In this document: piece by piece, positions 10,055-19,111 of the stretch
Layout: each line of letters starts with the position of its first letter
Position numbering within the stretch: position 1 is the stretch's first letter
IMG/VR virus record: IMGVR_UViG_3300023210_002494
Source of the DNA: an uncultured virus (IMG/VR IMGVR_UViG_3300023210_002494)
Taxonomy: Duplodnaviria > Heunggongvirae > Uroviricota > Caudoviricetes
Strand: one strand, 5' to 3'
DNA length: 64,000 bases
Position numbers and translations under genes: made by a program
The notes under the pieces: model-generated
Database searches by the model: none
Told to the model about the DNA's origin: nothing
Seen by the model: only the letters and a program-made list of their open reading frames with translations

Positions 10055-10705
10055 TTATAAATTATAATTCATTAATATATCATCATAATAAAATACTTTA
10101 TAGTTATTTTCCATTAATTTGCCAGCAAATTTACAATCCGCAGCTCTACTATCAAAAGTGTATTTTATACTTTCTGAAATCTCTTTTTTTATTGTTATAG
10201 GGCCATGAGCTATATTACATTCTTTGTTAGCTATAAGTTGGCCACCACCCAAACCATTATCAGGGTTCCACCTACAATCAAAAACTTTAGAAGGTGTAAA
10301 AGTTAAAGACTCAAACCCTTTATTATTAGTTTGGTAACTGTGGACTAAAGCGTCACAATTAGTAGTCTCGAATATTTTTTTGGTTATTTCTATTCTTTGG
10401 GGGTGTGGGGTATCATCTACATCAAAAAACTGTATAATGTCCATATTTGATTTTAAACCGCCTTCATTTCTTGCTCTACCTTCAGAATGTCTATCTAAAA
10501 AATTCACACTAATAATCGGCACCTCCACTCCTTTTATTTTTATCATACCAATACCTAACAAAGATTCACTACCCAAACCACTAGAAGATATTATAATCTC
10601 ATTAGGTGGTACAGTTTGTTTTTTACACTCATTTAATAATGTATTAAGTAAATGATAATCACCATCATAACACGTAATACATAAAGATATGGTCTTACTA
10701 TTCAT
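10055..10705 (-). CDS. GT2-like glycosyltransferase
   Basis: ISLCITCY, QTVPPNEIII, ARNEG, IIQFFDVDD. Confidence 0.7.
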   Translation of the reverse strand: MNSKTISLCITCYDGDYHLLNTLLNECKKQTVPPNEIIISSSGLGSESLLGIGMIKIKGVEVPIISVNFLDRHSEGRARNEGGLKSNMDIIQFFDVDDTPHPQRIEITKKIFETTNCDALVHSYQTNNKGFESLTFTPSKVFDCRWNPDNGLGGGQLIANKECNIAHGPITIKKEISESIKYTFDSRAADCKFAGKLMENNYKVFYYDDILMNYNL

Positions 10706-11612
10706 TATTTAATATTTTATTTATCCAATTATTTAAGTTTCCCGTAGGTGACCAACCCAAGTCTAAAATTATTTTTGCGTTTTCAGCTACCGAATCCTTG
10801 GGTTCAATCCTAAGCTCACCATATTTTTTTTCACCACCAAACATATTAGCTATTTCATTAACAGTAAAAGCTTTACCGGTACCCACATTAAATATTTCAC
10901 CATTAAGATTATTTTTTGATTCAGCACATAGAATGTTTGCTTGGACAATGTCTTCTACATGTACAAAATCTCTTTTTTGTTCACCGTCATTTACAATATT
11001 AAGTAGTTGTTTTTTTTCAGTTTGTTCCATAAAAATAGATATTACACTTCTGTAAGCTCCTTTGTTAGGCATTCTATTACCATATGCATTAAAATACCTT
11101 AAACACGCTGTATCTAAATTATACAAGTTCGAGTACAGTTTACAATACTGTTCACCAATTAATTTGTGTAGAGCATAAGGACTTAATGGGTTTAGTGGGT
11201 GATTTTCATCTATTGGTGTGTAAGTTGGGTTACCATAAACAGCAGAACTACTGCTGAATACAAATCTTTTTGCTTCTATAACCCTACTTAAATCTAAAAT
11301 ATTAATTAAAGAGTCTAAATTATTGTTATCTGTTGGGTTCTCTATGGAATATTGTACTTGTGGTGTAGCTGCCAAATGAAAAACGGTGTCGACATTTTTA
11401 AAAAACTTCATAGGATATAACTCCCAATGAAATTTTTTGGTATCCATAGTACTTAAATCCACATTTATGTGTGTAGCCTTGGGATTTATATTTTTTTCTT
11501 TACCTGATGATAGGTTATCTAATACAATAACTGTCACACCTTTAGATATTAATTTATCCACTAAATGTGAACCTATAAATCCAGCCCCTCCTGTAACTAT
11601 TACTTTTTTCAT
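10698..11612 (-). CDS. NAD-dependent nucleotide-sugar epimerase/dehydratase (GalE-like SDR)
   Basis: VTGGAGFIGSHL, FHLAA, SSSAVYG, SPYALHK, LRYFNAYG, RDFVHVED. Confidence 0.92.
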   Translation of the reverse strand: MKKVIVTGGAGFIGSHLVDKLISKGVTVIVLDNLSSGKEKNINPKATHINVDLSTMDTKKFHWELYPMKFFKNVDTVFHLAATPQVQYSIENPTDNNNLDSLINILDLSRVIEAKRFVFSSSSAVYGNPTYTPIDENHPLNPLSPYALHKLIGEQYCKLYSNLYNLDTACLRYFNAYGNRMPNKGAYRSVISIFMEQTEKKQLLNIVNDGEQKRDFVHVEDIVQANILCAESKNNLNGEIFNVGTGKAFTVNEIANMFGGEKKYGELRIEPKDSVAENAKIILDLGWSPTGNLNNWINKILNNE

Positions 11613-11618
11613 ATTAAA

Positions 11619-12245
11619 TTATTTTTTTTTACATAAACACTGATAAGCTCGTTTGTCAGTGGTAATATCTATATTGTTTTTATCACTTAAATCGTAACAC
11701 AAAAAATTATACTCATTAAGTAAAAGGTCTTTTATCCTGCCCCAATCCTTATCAAAATGACATTCAATAAGTAAATGATTAATTCTATTATGTATTTTAG
11801 ATAATCCTTCTAAAACTTTTATCTCAGCACCCTCAACATCAATCTTTACTAAATCTATACTATTTTCATTATGTAATAGTGTGTCCAATTTAATACTCTG
11901 TATCGAACCAATTCTAGGCACACTTACTTCATTAGTGTCTTTACCTAATATATTAGTAGTTTGGGTATGTCCGGGACTACCGTTATGATACACATCCTCA
12001 ACCCCGTCATTATTAGAAGCAGCTTTATGAATCAAAACTAAATTATTTAATAATTTATATTTATTATACAGTCTAGCGTAGTTCTTTGGGTGTATTTCTA
12101 AAGCGTATATTTTACCTGACTTACCCAACTTCTCTAAAAAAAAATCACAATAACCACCTATATGTGCCCCAACATCTACAACAACACTATCATCTTTAAT
12201 AAATTTAGTGATTTCTTCGAAGTTTAGTTTATCGTGATGGTCCAT
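11619..12245 (-). CDS. FkbM-family methyltransferase
   Basis: VDVGAHIG, YALEIHP, LVKIDVEGAEIKVLEG, IECH. Confidence 0.88.
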   Translation of the reverse strand: MDHHDKLNFEEITKFIKDDSVVVDVGAHIGGYCDFFLEKLGKSGKIYALEIHPKNYARLYNKYKLLNNLVLIHKAASNNDGVEDVYHNGSPGHTQTTNILGKDTNEVSVPRIGSIQSIKLDTLLHNENSIDLVKIDVEGAEIKVLEGLSKIHNRINHLLIECHFDKDWGRIKDLLLNEYNFLCYDLSDKNNIDITTDKRAYQCLCKKK

Positions 12246-12248
12246 ACT

Positions 12249-12279
12249 AAAATATACATATTATTTTTATATTCGTAAA
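12249..12279 (-). promoter_or_regulatory. Degenerate Bacteroidota-type promoter inside the glycan island
   Basis: Minus strand TTTA-N19-TATATTTT, 3 nt before ATG 12245. Confidence 0.4.
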
Positions 12280-12283
12280 TATT

Positions 12284-13111
12284 TTAATCTAAAAACTCAG
12301 AACCAAAAGTAACTAACTCACTATTATAATTTTCTTTTATAAATTTTAAATATCCTTTATGTTCACACATCTTATCATATACCGTGTGGTCAAATTTTAT
12401 ATCACCAAGAATTTCTTCTGGTGTTTGTACAGACATAAAATTTAAATTATTAATTACTGGGTCATATCTTTGATTAATAAATGTTACCGGGTGGTTATAT
12501 TTAACATACTCATAGTGTTTATACCATAATTGTTTTAAGGCGTAAAATTTTGTATTAATTGATTGTAGGTGTATAACACCATAATCTTTAGTTGTGCTTT
12601 TAGGTAGGTTGATTTGTGGTGTTCTAGGTGTGTGGTATTTCCATAAAGCTAAGTTAAATTTACCAGTATTTTTAAGTGGTAATATAAAACTACGATAGTT
12701 ATGTATGTAAGAAGGGTCATTCCTAGTCTCACTTAAAGTGTTATTTACAACATTATACCAGTAAAGATAAACGTCTTTAGTTTCATACATATTAATAACC
12801 TCATTAAAATTAGTTATAGTATTATTTGAGAGTAATTCGTCACAATCAAAAGCTATAACATGAGTAGCCCCATCTTCTCTACTATATTCTAACATTCTAG
12901 ACCTATTGTGTGATTCATTAAATTCTTCTAAATTATCATTAAGAATAACAGCTCTATCACCTAAGTAGGATTTTATAAGGTTAACGCTACCGTCTGTAGA
13001 ATTATCGTTATAAAAGATAAATTTTTCTACTGGGTAGTTATTCCATATTGGGAGTAGTTCGTTTAGTAGTAGCTCCTCATTTTTTGTCATTATATTTGCG
13101 TAAACTCTCAT
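12284..13111 (-). CDS. GT2-family glycosyltransferase
   Basis: MTKNEE, DNSTDGS, IAFDCDE. Confidence 0.75.
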   Translation of the reverse strand: MRVYANIMTKNEELLLNELLPIWNNYPVEKFIFYNDNSTDGSVNLIKSYLGDRAVILNDNLEEFNESHNRSRMLEYSREDGATHVIAFDCDELLSNNTITNFNEVINMYETKDVYLYWYNVVNNTLSETRNDPSYIHNYRSFILPLKNTGKFNLALWKYHTPRTPQINLPKSTTKDYGVIHLQSINTKFYALKQLWYKHYEYVKYNHPVTFINQRYDPVINNLNFMSVQTPEEILGDIKFDHTVYDKMCEHKGYLKFIKENYNSELVTFGSEFLD

Positions 13112-13115
13112 ATTG

Positions 13116-13802
13116 TTATATTTTTTTAGACTTATCTAAGTAATCATTAAAATATACATTATCGTCTAATATTTTATCATCACCATCGTAAGCTTGACCA
13201 ATAAAGTGTTTGGGGTCTCTTTTAAATTTATATGGGTTAGCAGGACCAAAAACATGACTAAAGAATTCATCGTGAGTAAAAGAATTTTCTTTAACTAAAG
13301 GCCAAATTTTTTCTCTTAAAAAATTCTGGTCTACTTGCCAAAAATCACCTTTTACATAATCAGTTATTAAATTACTTATACCGTCTAATATGTCACCTTT
13401 AACACCCCACATACCACCTAAAATTTCGGTAGAATGATAAGGGTGGTCTCTCATAATATGAAAACTAAACTTACTATTTAACCACTCATCCACAGAATAC
13501 TTTTCCCGTAAAGTTAATCTACTATCAGTATCTCTAGATAACATAATACTAACATCTTTATCACTAGCAGCGGTAAAACGCCAAAACATACCAGTCCAAT
13601 CACCAACAACACCCATCTCAACTATTTCAACATTATCAAAAGAAGTTAATCTATTCATTATATCAATCGGAACACAATTACCAACATAAAACCTACAAAT
13701 CCAATCAGGATATACTACTTTAGCTAATTCAGCATTTCTAATAGCTCCTTCAGTATATCTAGGGTTATCACCCCACAAACTATAACAGATTAATTTTTTC
13801 AT
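13116..13802 (-). CDS. Conserved protein, probable GT-A fold glycosyltransferase
   Basis: YSLWG, MFWRF, SRDTDSR (DXD), FHIMRDHPYH, ILGGMWG, DQNFL; located inside the glycan island. Confidence 0.5.
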   Translation of the reverse strand: MKKLICYSLWGDNPRYTEGAIRNAELAKVVYPDWICRFYVGNCVPIDIMNRLTSFDNVEIVEMGVVGDWTGMFWRFTAASDKDVSIMLSRDTDSRLTLREKYSVDEWLNSKFSFHIMRDHPYHSTEILGGMWGVKGDILDGISNLITDYVKGDFWQVDQNFLREKIWPLVKENSFTHDEFFSHVFGPANPYKFKRDPKHFIGQAYDGDDKILDDNVYFNDYLDKSKKI

Positions 13803-14494
13803 CTATGTAAATTTCTTATTTCAGTATCTTGTTTTATGTGTTCTTGTAGTGTGGATTTATCGGAACTAACCCCTTTAGGGTTGTCGTAGTATGAACCTAA
13901 AAAGTCAATTATTTTTTTAAATTTGTAATTTCTTTTAGATAGTCTTAACCACATTTCATAATCACCTGATATAGTATATTTTGGGTTAAATAATCCATTA
14001 TTTACAAGTACTGATTTTTTTACTATTGGAAATGGTCCACAAATACAATTTTGTAATAATATTTCGTGGCTATGTTCCGGCCAATTCTGTATTCCTCTAA
14101 TATTATTATGGTCCTCATCACCAACAATTAAACTAGTACCATAAGCAATGTCAACATTTGGATTTTGTACCATATAATGGTATAGGGTTAGTAAGGCACC
14201 GGGAAACAATCTATCATCAGTATTAAAATTAATTACAAACTCACTTTTACTAGCCTCTATAGCCATATTCCAAGCTTCGTAAATCGTAATTCTTTTATCG
14301 TTTTCTATAATTTTTTTGGTGATACCTTCTCTAAATTTATAATTTTTAATTGTTTTAAGTGAGTGGTCAGTAGAATTTGCGTCAACAAATATAATAGTAA
14401 ACTCCTTAAGAAGTTGGTTGTTAAGTGACAATAAGTAGTTATCAATCCACCTATCTGAATTGTAGTTTGAACATAATACTGTTAGTGTTTCCAT
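13799..14494 (-). CDS. GT2-family glycosyltransferase
   Basis: VDANSTD, IYEAWN, NFNTDD, SGDYEMWLRL. Confidence 0.88.
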   Translation of the reverse strand: METLTVLCSNYNSDRWIDNYLLSLNNQLLKEFTIIFVDANSTDHSLKTIKNYKFREGITKKIIENDKRITIYEAWNMAIEASKSEFVINFNTDDRLFPGALLTLYHYMVQNPNVDIAYGTSLIVGDEDHNNIRGIQNWPEHSHEILLQNCICGPFPIVKKSVLVNNGLFNPKYTISGDYEMWLRLSKRNYKFKKIIDFLGSYYDNPKGVSSDKSTLQEHIKQDTEIRNLHR

Positions 14495-14497
14495 ATT

Positions 14498-15940
14498 TTA
14501 TACAAATGAATTAAATGATGTGTTATTATTCGTTAAAGGAGTGTAAATAGATGTTTTAGCTGGGTCAGTTATTAACTTGTTTTTTATTAATATTTTTTCG
14601 TGTAGTGATTTAGTATCTTGATTTGCTATAGTGGATACCGTCCCTTCACTTTCATGGTGGAAATAAATAAATAAAGGGTTTGGGATTCTTTTACCCACAT
14701 AACCTTCTTGCATCATTCGTAACCACATGTCGTAATCCTCCCAACCTTTTAGTTCTTCGTCATAACCATTTATAGAATCAAAAGCTTCTCTACTAAACAT
14801 AGAACAATTAACGATAAAAGGGCCATTAATTAATCTTTCTTTACTCCACTCAGGCCTTTTTTCTATACCCCTCATTTGTCCCTCATGTACTGTATCACAA
14901 TATATAGGGCTATATTTTTTATCTGTAGTTATAATTTTTATACACTGTTCTACGTAAGTAGGGTGCATCAAATCATCAGAATCCAAAGGTAAAATATATT
15001 CACCACTAGAAATTTTTATACCTTCATTCCTAGCTTTAGAAGGGCCTCCATTTTCTTGAAATATGATTTTAGTATTTGGTAATTTTAAATTTTTAAGTTT
15101 TAACTTTGTAAAATTATCTGTAGACCCATCATCTATTATAATAATTTCTAAATTTTTATAGGTTTGGGAAAATACTGAAGTTATTGCCCTATCTAAAGTT
15201 TTTCCATAATTATAAACAGGAATTATAATAGAAACTAAAGGACTACTTTTTTTAGGTTTTAATTCGGGCATAACTAAGCTAACCATTAATGGTAAACTAT
15301 CACTATACTTTTCACTAAATAAAATCCTATTCCTTTCCCATTCTTGATTAGTTTGACCAATAGATAAGTGGGTAATGTCAATATTAGAGATAACACCAAT
15401 TTTAACACCAGACAAGAAGTTTTGTACACAGAAGTTTAAATCATAAAAATGGAACCCCCTAACGGACTCGTCAAAATCCCTAGATAAGTTATTCTTATTA
15501 ACAGCAAAAAATAACCCATCAACTAAAACAGAGGGTAATATATTATTACCAAATTTAGGGTTATATGTTGATAACCATCTTTTACCATCATTTTCGTGGT
15601 AAACCTGACCCATCATTTCTGATGGTATTTCCCACCATTTTCCAGATTCAGGTAAATACCTACATCCAGCAACACCTAATATACCATAATCACTTTTTTC
15701 AAAATGTTTAAGTAACTTTCTACCCCAATTTTTAGTATCAAACTTAATATCGTCATGACAAAATAAAACTATGTCATTTTTTGAGTCCTTCAAACCCATA
15801 TTGTAGACATCAGTTAAAGAATATTTTCCTGGATTTTCATATGGTAAAATTTCTATTTTATGTACCCCAGAGGTTTTTTTTATTAACTCTATAAAATCTT
15901 TATTTATTTCTTTTGAACTGAATACTACTGATAATGACAT
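14498..15940 (-). CDS. Two-domain glycosyltransferase (GT-A domain plus GT2 domain)
   Basis: N-terminal LFCHDD, VDGLF, FHFYD; C-terminal VSIIIPVYN, IDDGSTD, ARNEG, LDSDD, WEDYDMWLR. Confidence 0.88.
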   Translation of the reverse strand: MSLSVVFSSKEINKDFIELIKKTSGVHKIEILPYENPGKYSLTDVYNMGLKDSKNDIVLFCHDDIKFDTKNWGRKLLKHFEKSDYGILGVAGCRYLPESGKWWEIPSEMMGQVYHENDGKRWLSTYNPKFGNNILPSVLVDGLFFAVNKNNLSRDFDESVRGFHFYDLNFCVQNFLSGVKIGVISNIDITHLSIGQTNQEWERNRILFSEKYSDSLPLMVSLVMPELKPKKSSPLVSIIIPVYNYGKTLDRAITSVFSQTYKNLEIIIIDDGSTDNFTKLKLKNLKLPNTKIIFQENGGPSKARNEGIKISSGEYILPLDSDDLMHPTYVEQCIKIITTDKKYSPIYCDTVHEGQMRGIEKRPEWSKERLINGPFIVNCSMFSREAFDSINGYDEELKGWEDYDMWLRMMQEGYVGKRIPNPLFIYFHHESEGTVSTIANQDTKSLHEKILIKNKLITDPAKTSIYTPLTNNNTSFNSFV

Positions 15941-15949
15941 AATATATTT

Positions 15950-16555
15950 TTAATTTATACCTGTTGAACCAAATCCCCCATCACTTCTTTTGGTATTTGC
16001 TAGTTTATTTTTTTTAGTTAGTGTACACCACCTACCAGATATTACTGGTGAAATTACAGCTTGTGCAATTCTATCACCATGATTTACTATAAAAGTGTCC
16101 TTACCCAAATTAATTAAAATAACTTTTATTTCTCCACTATAACCCCTATCTACAGTTCCTGGTGTATTTAAAACAGTAATACCATTTTTTGCTGCCAAAC
16201 CACTTCTAGGTCTTACTTGTATTTCCATACTTTCAGGTAATTCAAAGTGTAGTCCTGTTGGGATTAATTTTATTTCGCTTGGTTTAAGATGTACCTGATT
16301 TTCTAAATTAGCACGTAAATCCATCCCACTGTCATCTATATATTTGTGTTTTGGGTCTTCGTTGGTGGAGGTATTCATAAAGCTAACCTTAACTTTAATC
16401 TCTTCTTTGGCGGACTCAATAGTGTCCTCCTCGATTTTTTTTAAAGTATCCCCATCCAAACCCAAATTTTTTAATAGTGAAGTGTCGTCCATTTGTTTTG
16501 GATTATTTTTAGCCATTGACATTATCTCTTTCCAAGTGTTACTTTCTTTATCCAT
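15950..16555 (-). CDS. dut: Trimeric dUTPase with N-terminal extension
   Basis: SGMDL, RPRSGLA, NTPGTVDRGYSGEI, GDRIAQ, RSDGGFGSTG. Confidence 0.95.
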   Translation of the reverse strand: MDKESNTWKEIMSMAKNNPKQMDDTSLLKNLGLDGDTLKKIEEDTIESAKEEIKVKVSFMNTSTNEDPKHKYIDDSGMDLRANLENQVHLKPSEIKLIPTGLHFELPESMEIQVRPRSGLAAKNGITVLNTPGTVDRGYSGEIKVILINLGKDTFIVNHGDRIAQAVISPVISGRWCTLTKKNKLANTKRSDGGFGSTGIN

Positions 16556-16778
16556 AATACTTAGGGGTCAATTCCGGGTGTAAAAAATCCTCAAAAGGAG
16601 CCTTAGCAATTGATACTATTTCTGAATCTCTAGTGTCTTCAGATAAGTAAGATGCTAACCTTTTATTAACCTCAAAAAGAGACTCAGCTTCCACAACATA
16701 TTTAAATTTTTTAACTTTAGCATTTCCTTCGTTATCCATAACTCCAGTTTCGAATGCCACGATTGCTTGATAATACAT
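16548..16778 (-). CDS. DUF4494-like small protein
   Basis: G-x-x-KVKKFKYVVEAES-x-x-E pattern resembles the Bacteroidota DUF4494 repeat unit (from memory). Confidence 0.5.
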   Translation of the reverse strand: MYYQAIVAFETGVMDNEGNAKVKKFKYVVEAESLFEVNKRLASYLSEDTRDSEIVSIAKAPFEDFLHPELTPKYYG

Positions 16779-16782
16779 ATTT

Positions 16783-16962
16783 TTATCCTTTAAAATTTTC
16801 TAATTTATGTGTTCCATCACACATTGGTTGGGACTTACTTTTCCCACATCTACACAATGCGTAATTTTCACTTACCACTACTTTTTCCCCACCTTTTGTT
16901 ACTGTGGTTTCTCCTTTGACCAAGATAGGTCCATTTTCCATAATATTAATCTCTACTGCCAT
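16783..16962 (-). CDS. CDGSH iron-sulfur domain protein (59 aa)
   Basis: Not in ORF track. Manual translation: MAVEINIMENGPILVKGETTVTKGGEKVVVSENYALCRCGKSKSQPMCDGTHKLENFKG, with the full CxCxxSxxxPxCDGTH motif. Fills the gap between two minus-strand genes. Confidence 0.9.
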   Translation of the reverse strand: MAVEINIMENGPILVKGETTVTKGGEKVVVSENYALCRCGKSKSQPMCDGTHKLENFKG

Positions 16963-16987
16963 TTTTTAATTTTTTATTTTTTATTAA

Positions 16988-17242
16988 TTAATCTAATAAG
17001 ACCATATAAGCCTTACTATTATTTATCCTAAACCACTCTAGTCCTTTTCTTAGGTCTTCAACCATTTTAGGGTTGTCTATCATTCCCATTTCTAAAACTA
17101 TTTGGCTACCCATTATAAAGTCATACATAGACAATTCTTCTGGTGTTAATTCATATTCTTCCCCTGAAAACCTATTTCTTACTTTACCACCTTCATTATA
17201 AGTTTCCCCATCAAACCAAACTGGTAATTTACTTTGTTTCAT
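16988..17242 (-). CDS. Hypothetical phage protein
   Basis: ORF in the operon; ATG 17242 (MKQSKLPVWF) preferred over the upstream TTG. Confidence 0.6.
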   Translation of the reverse strand: MKQSKLPVWFDGETYNEGGKVRNRFSGEEYELTPEELSMYDFIMGSQIVLEMGMIDNPKMVEDLRKGLEWFRINNSKAYMVLLD

Positions 17243-17381
17243 TTTCTTTTTCTTTTTTATCAAAGTTTTCTAAGTTATGAAGAAATTGTTTTTCGTTTTC
17301 CCGTTTATACCCCTCTGACATAACATATCTACATAAAAAAATTATAAATAAAACAACAAACAAACACATTAACACTTCCAT
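17229..17381 (-). CDS. Small membrane-anchored protein (50 aa)
   Basis: Not in ORF track. MEVLMCLFVVLFIIFLCRYVMSEGYKRENEKQFLHNLENFDKKEKENETK; hydrophobic N-terminus; starts 1 nt after the upstream stop and overlaps the next start. Confidence 0.65.
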   Translation of the reverse strand: MEVLMCLFVVLFIIFLCRYVMSEGYKRENEKQFLHNLENFDKKEKENETK

Positions 17382-17382
17382 A

Positions 17383-17814
17383 TTACATATATTCGTTTAC
17401 GGCTTCGTAAATTAGTTCTTGTTCTTCTTCACTAAATTTATCCTCACCTTCTACAAAAGTGGCATCACCACCGTGTTCATCACTATACTCCTCAACTATA
17501 AACTTATGCTCACCATAAGAACCATAAGCCTCAAACTTAAAAGCAAACCAAGTTTCATAGTTATTTTCTATATATACTTTATCATTACCAGCCTCTTCTA
17601 TAGAGTCCACATAACTCATGTCGTCCAATTGTTCAAAAATAACGTCCTTATCTTCATCAGTGAAATTTTCCTCACCTTCCATATAAACAAGTTCTCTATC
17701 ATCATTCATGTCTTGCATACTTGCCTTAAAATCTTTTCCCTTATATTTTCCAATATAAGTGTGTTTGCCCTCTTCGTGGGTCTTTATTTTGTCATTAATT
17801 ACTACTTCTGCCAT
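17383..17814 (-). CDS. Acidic hypothetical protein with internal duplication
   Basis: Halves end in YMEGEENFTDEDKDVIFEQL and FVEGEDKFSEEEQELIYEAV. Confidence 0.65.
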   Translation of the reverse strand: MAEVVINDKIKTHEEGKHTYIGKYKGKDFKASMQDMNDDRELVYMEGEENFTDEDKDVIFEQLDDMSYVDSIEEAGNDKVYIENNYETWFAFKFEAYGSYGEHKFIVEEYSDEHGGDATFVEGEDKFSEEEQELIYEAVNEYM

Positions 17815-17825
17815 TTTTTAATTTT

Positions 17826-19061
17826 TTATGATTTTCTTATTAATTCTTTATACCACTCAGCTCTTTTTTCAGTCACTGTTTTTAAATTATAGTGTGGTGC
17901 TATTGTTTCATGAAGTCTTTCACCCAAATCCTCAACTAAATTAGGGTTGTCGATTAGTCTTTTTACGTGTTGAAACCACTGTTTGTGGTTTTTATGTGAA
18001 TCAACCAAAAGAGCATTACCAGTTGAGTTTATAATACCGCCCTTATCTAAAGCACTTATACAATCTACTGTGTAAGGTCCATAATCTTGAGCTATTAAAG
18101 CTTTTTTATGGAATCCAGCTTCTATAACTTTTAATTGTGATTTTACTTGATTAAAAATATGTTCTTTAAGAGGTGCAATACTAACGTCAAAATAGTTATA
18201 ATTAGACGCGTAGGTTGTAATTGGTTTGGTCCAAACTCTTCTATAAACCGAATTTAAATCACCACTAATATTTTTTTTCTGAAATCCTAATAATTCTTTT
18301 TTATAATCACCACTTACTATTTTATAATTGTCAGTGAATAATTGTTCATATTTGTACCATACAGATTCTTCTGGTTTAATAGGACGTTGAGTCTGTTTAC
18401 CGGTTTTTTCATCAATCATAGTCATACTACCTCGTAAGTCATAACCACATAAAACAAATTGGAATTCGTCTTTTTTGGCACTTTGTATTTTACCGGCCAT
18501 ACCTTGTAAAATATTTAAATCTTCTATGTGTGAAGAACCACCCAACCAGCCAATTCTAACCTTGTCTGATTTTGTTGGTTGTGGTACGTATTGTTTTTCC
18601 TCGTGGTCTATAGCATTCGGGAAAATTTCAACATTCTTATTTTGTTTAGCTATTTCTGCGGCAAAAACTTTAGTGGTTGTAGTTACATAACCAGCTAGTC
18701 TTATATTTTCTTGTATTTTTTTATCTATACCGTTTTTCTTAATTAAGTGGTGAGCTGGATGGTCTGGTGTAGGTGACCAATAATCATCAATATCCATAAT
18801 GTGAGGTATTCCCCAACCAGTAAGTCTTTTAGCTACAGCTTTTGATGCGTCGTAGTCAGGACCAATACTTCTATGATAATGGATTAAATCATATTGTTTC
18901 CACCAATTATTATCATGATAAGGTGGTTCATAAACAATATCCACCCAAAAATCTTCTGGATACATATCTTGTAAGTAAGTGTGTGGGTCAACAGACCTAA
19001 ATTTAGACACCCCCGTTCTATCACTTGGTAGTACAAGGATTTTGTATTTTGCTTTATTCAT
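17826..19061 (-). CDS. Glycosyltransferase, GT-B fold (GT4-like)
   Basis: MDIDDYW, VTTTT, FPNAID, RIGWLGGSSH, DVSIAPL, FNQVKSQLKVIEAG. Confidence 0.75.
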   Translation of the reverse strand: MNKAKYKILVLPSDRTGVSKFRSVDPHTYLQDMYPEDFWVDIVYEPPYHDNNWWKQYDLIHYHRSIGPDYDASKAVAKRLTGWGIPHIMDIDDYWSPTPDHPAHHLIKKNGIDKKIQENIRLAGYVTTTTKVFAAEIAKQNKNVEIFPNAIDHEEKQYVPQPTKSDKVRIGWLGGSSHIEDLNILQGMAGKIQSAKKDEFQFVLCGYDLRGSMTMIDEKTGKQTQRPIKPEESVWYKYEQLFTDNYKIVSGDYKKELLGFQKKNISGDLNSVYRRVWTKPITTYASNYNYFDVSIAPLKEHIFNQVKSQLKVIEAGFHKKALIAQDYGPYTVDCISALDKGGIINSTGNALLVDSHKNHKQWFQHVKRLIDNPNLVEDLGERLHETIAPHYNLKTVTEKRAEWYKELIRKS

Positions 19062-19065
19062 ACCT

Positions 19066-19097
19066 CAATAATAAAACAATATATTGAATATGTCAAA
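19066..19097 (-). promoter_or_regulatory. Host-type promoter heading the glycan/metabolic operon
   Basis: Minus strand TTGACA-N17-TATTAT, also readable as TTTG-N20-TATTATTG; 4 nt before ATG 19061. Confidence 0.6.
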
Positions 19098-19111
19098 GGT
19101 GTTTTAGGTAA

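Noticed and set aside
179..15940. Bacterial O-antigen or capsule locus
   Set aside because: Continuous with phage genes in the same style and orientation, flanked by phoH-like and dUTPase genes, and lacking flippase, polymerase and chain-length genes.
16807..17031. Plus-strand 74-aa ORF
   Set aside because: Shadow of the minus-strand CDGSH gene, which has a full motif and fits the operon.
17343..17350. TATTTATA on the minus strand as a promoter
   Set aside because: Falls inside the hydrophobic coding stretch of the 50-aa gene, about 100 nt from the next start; probably chance.
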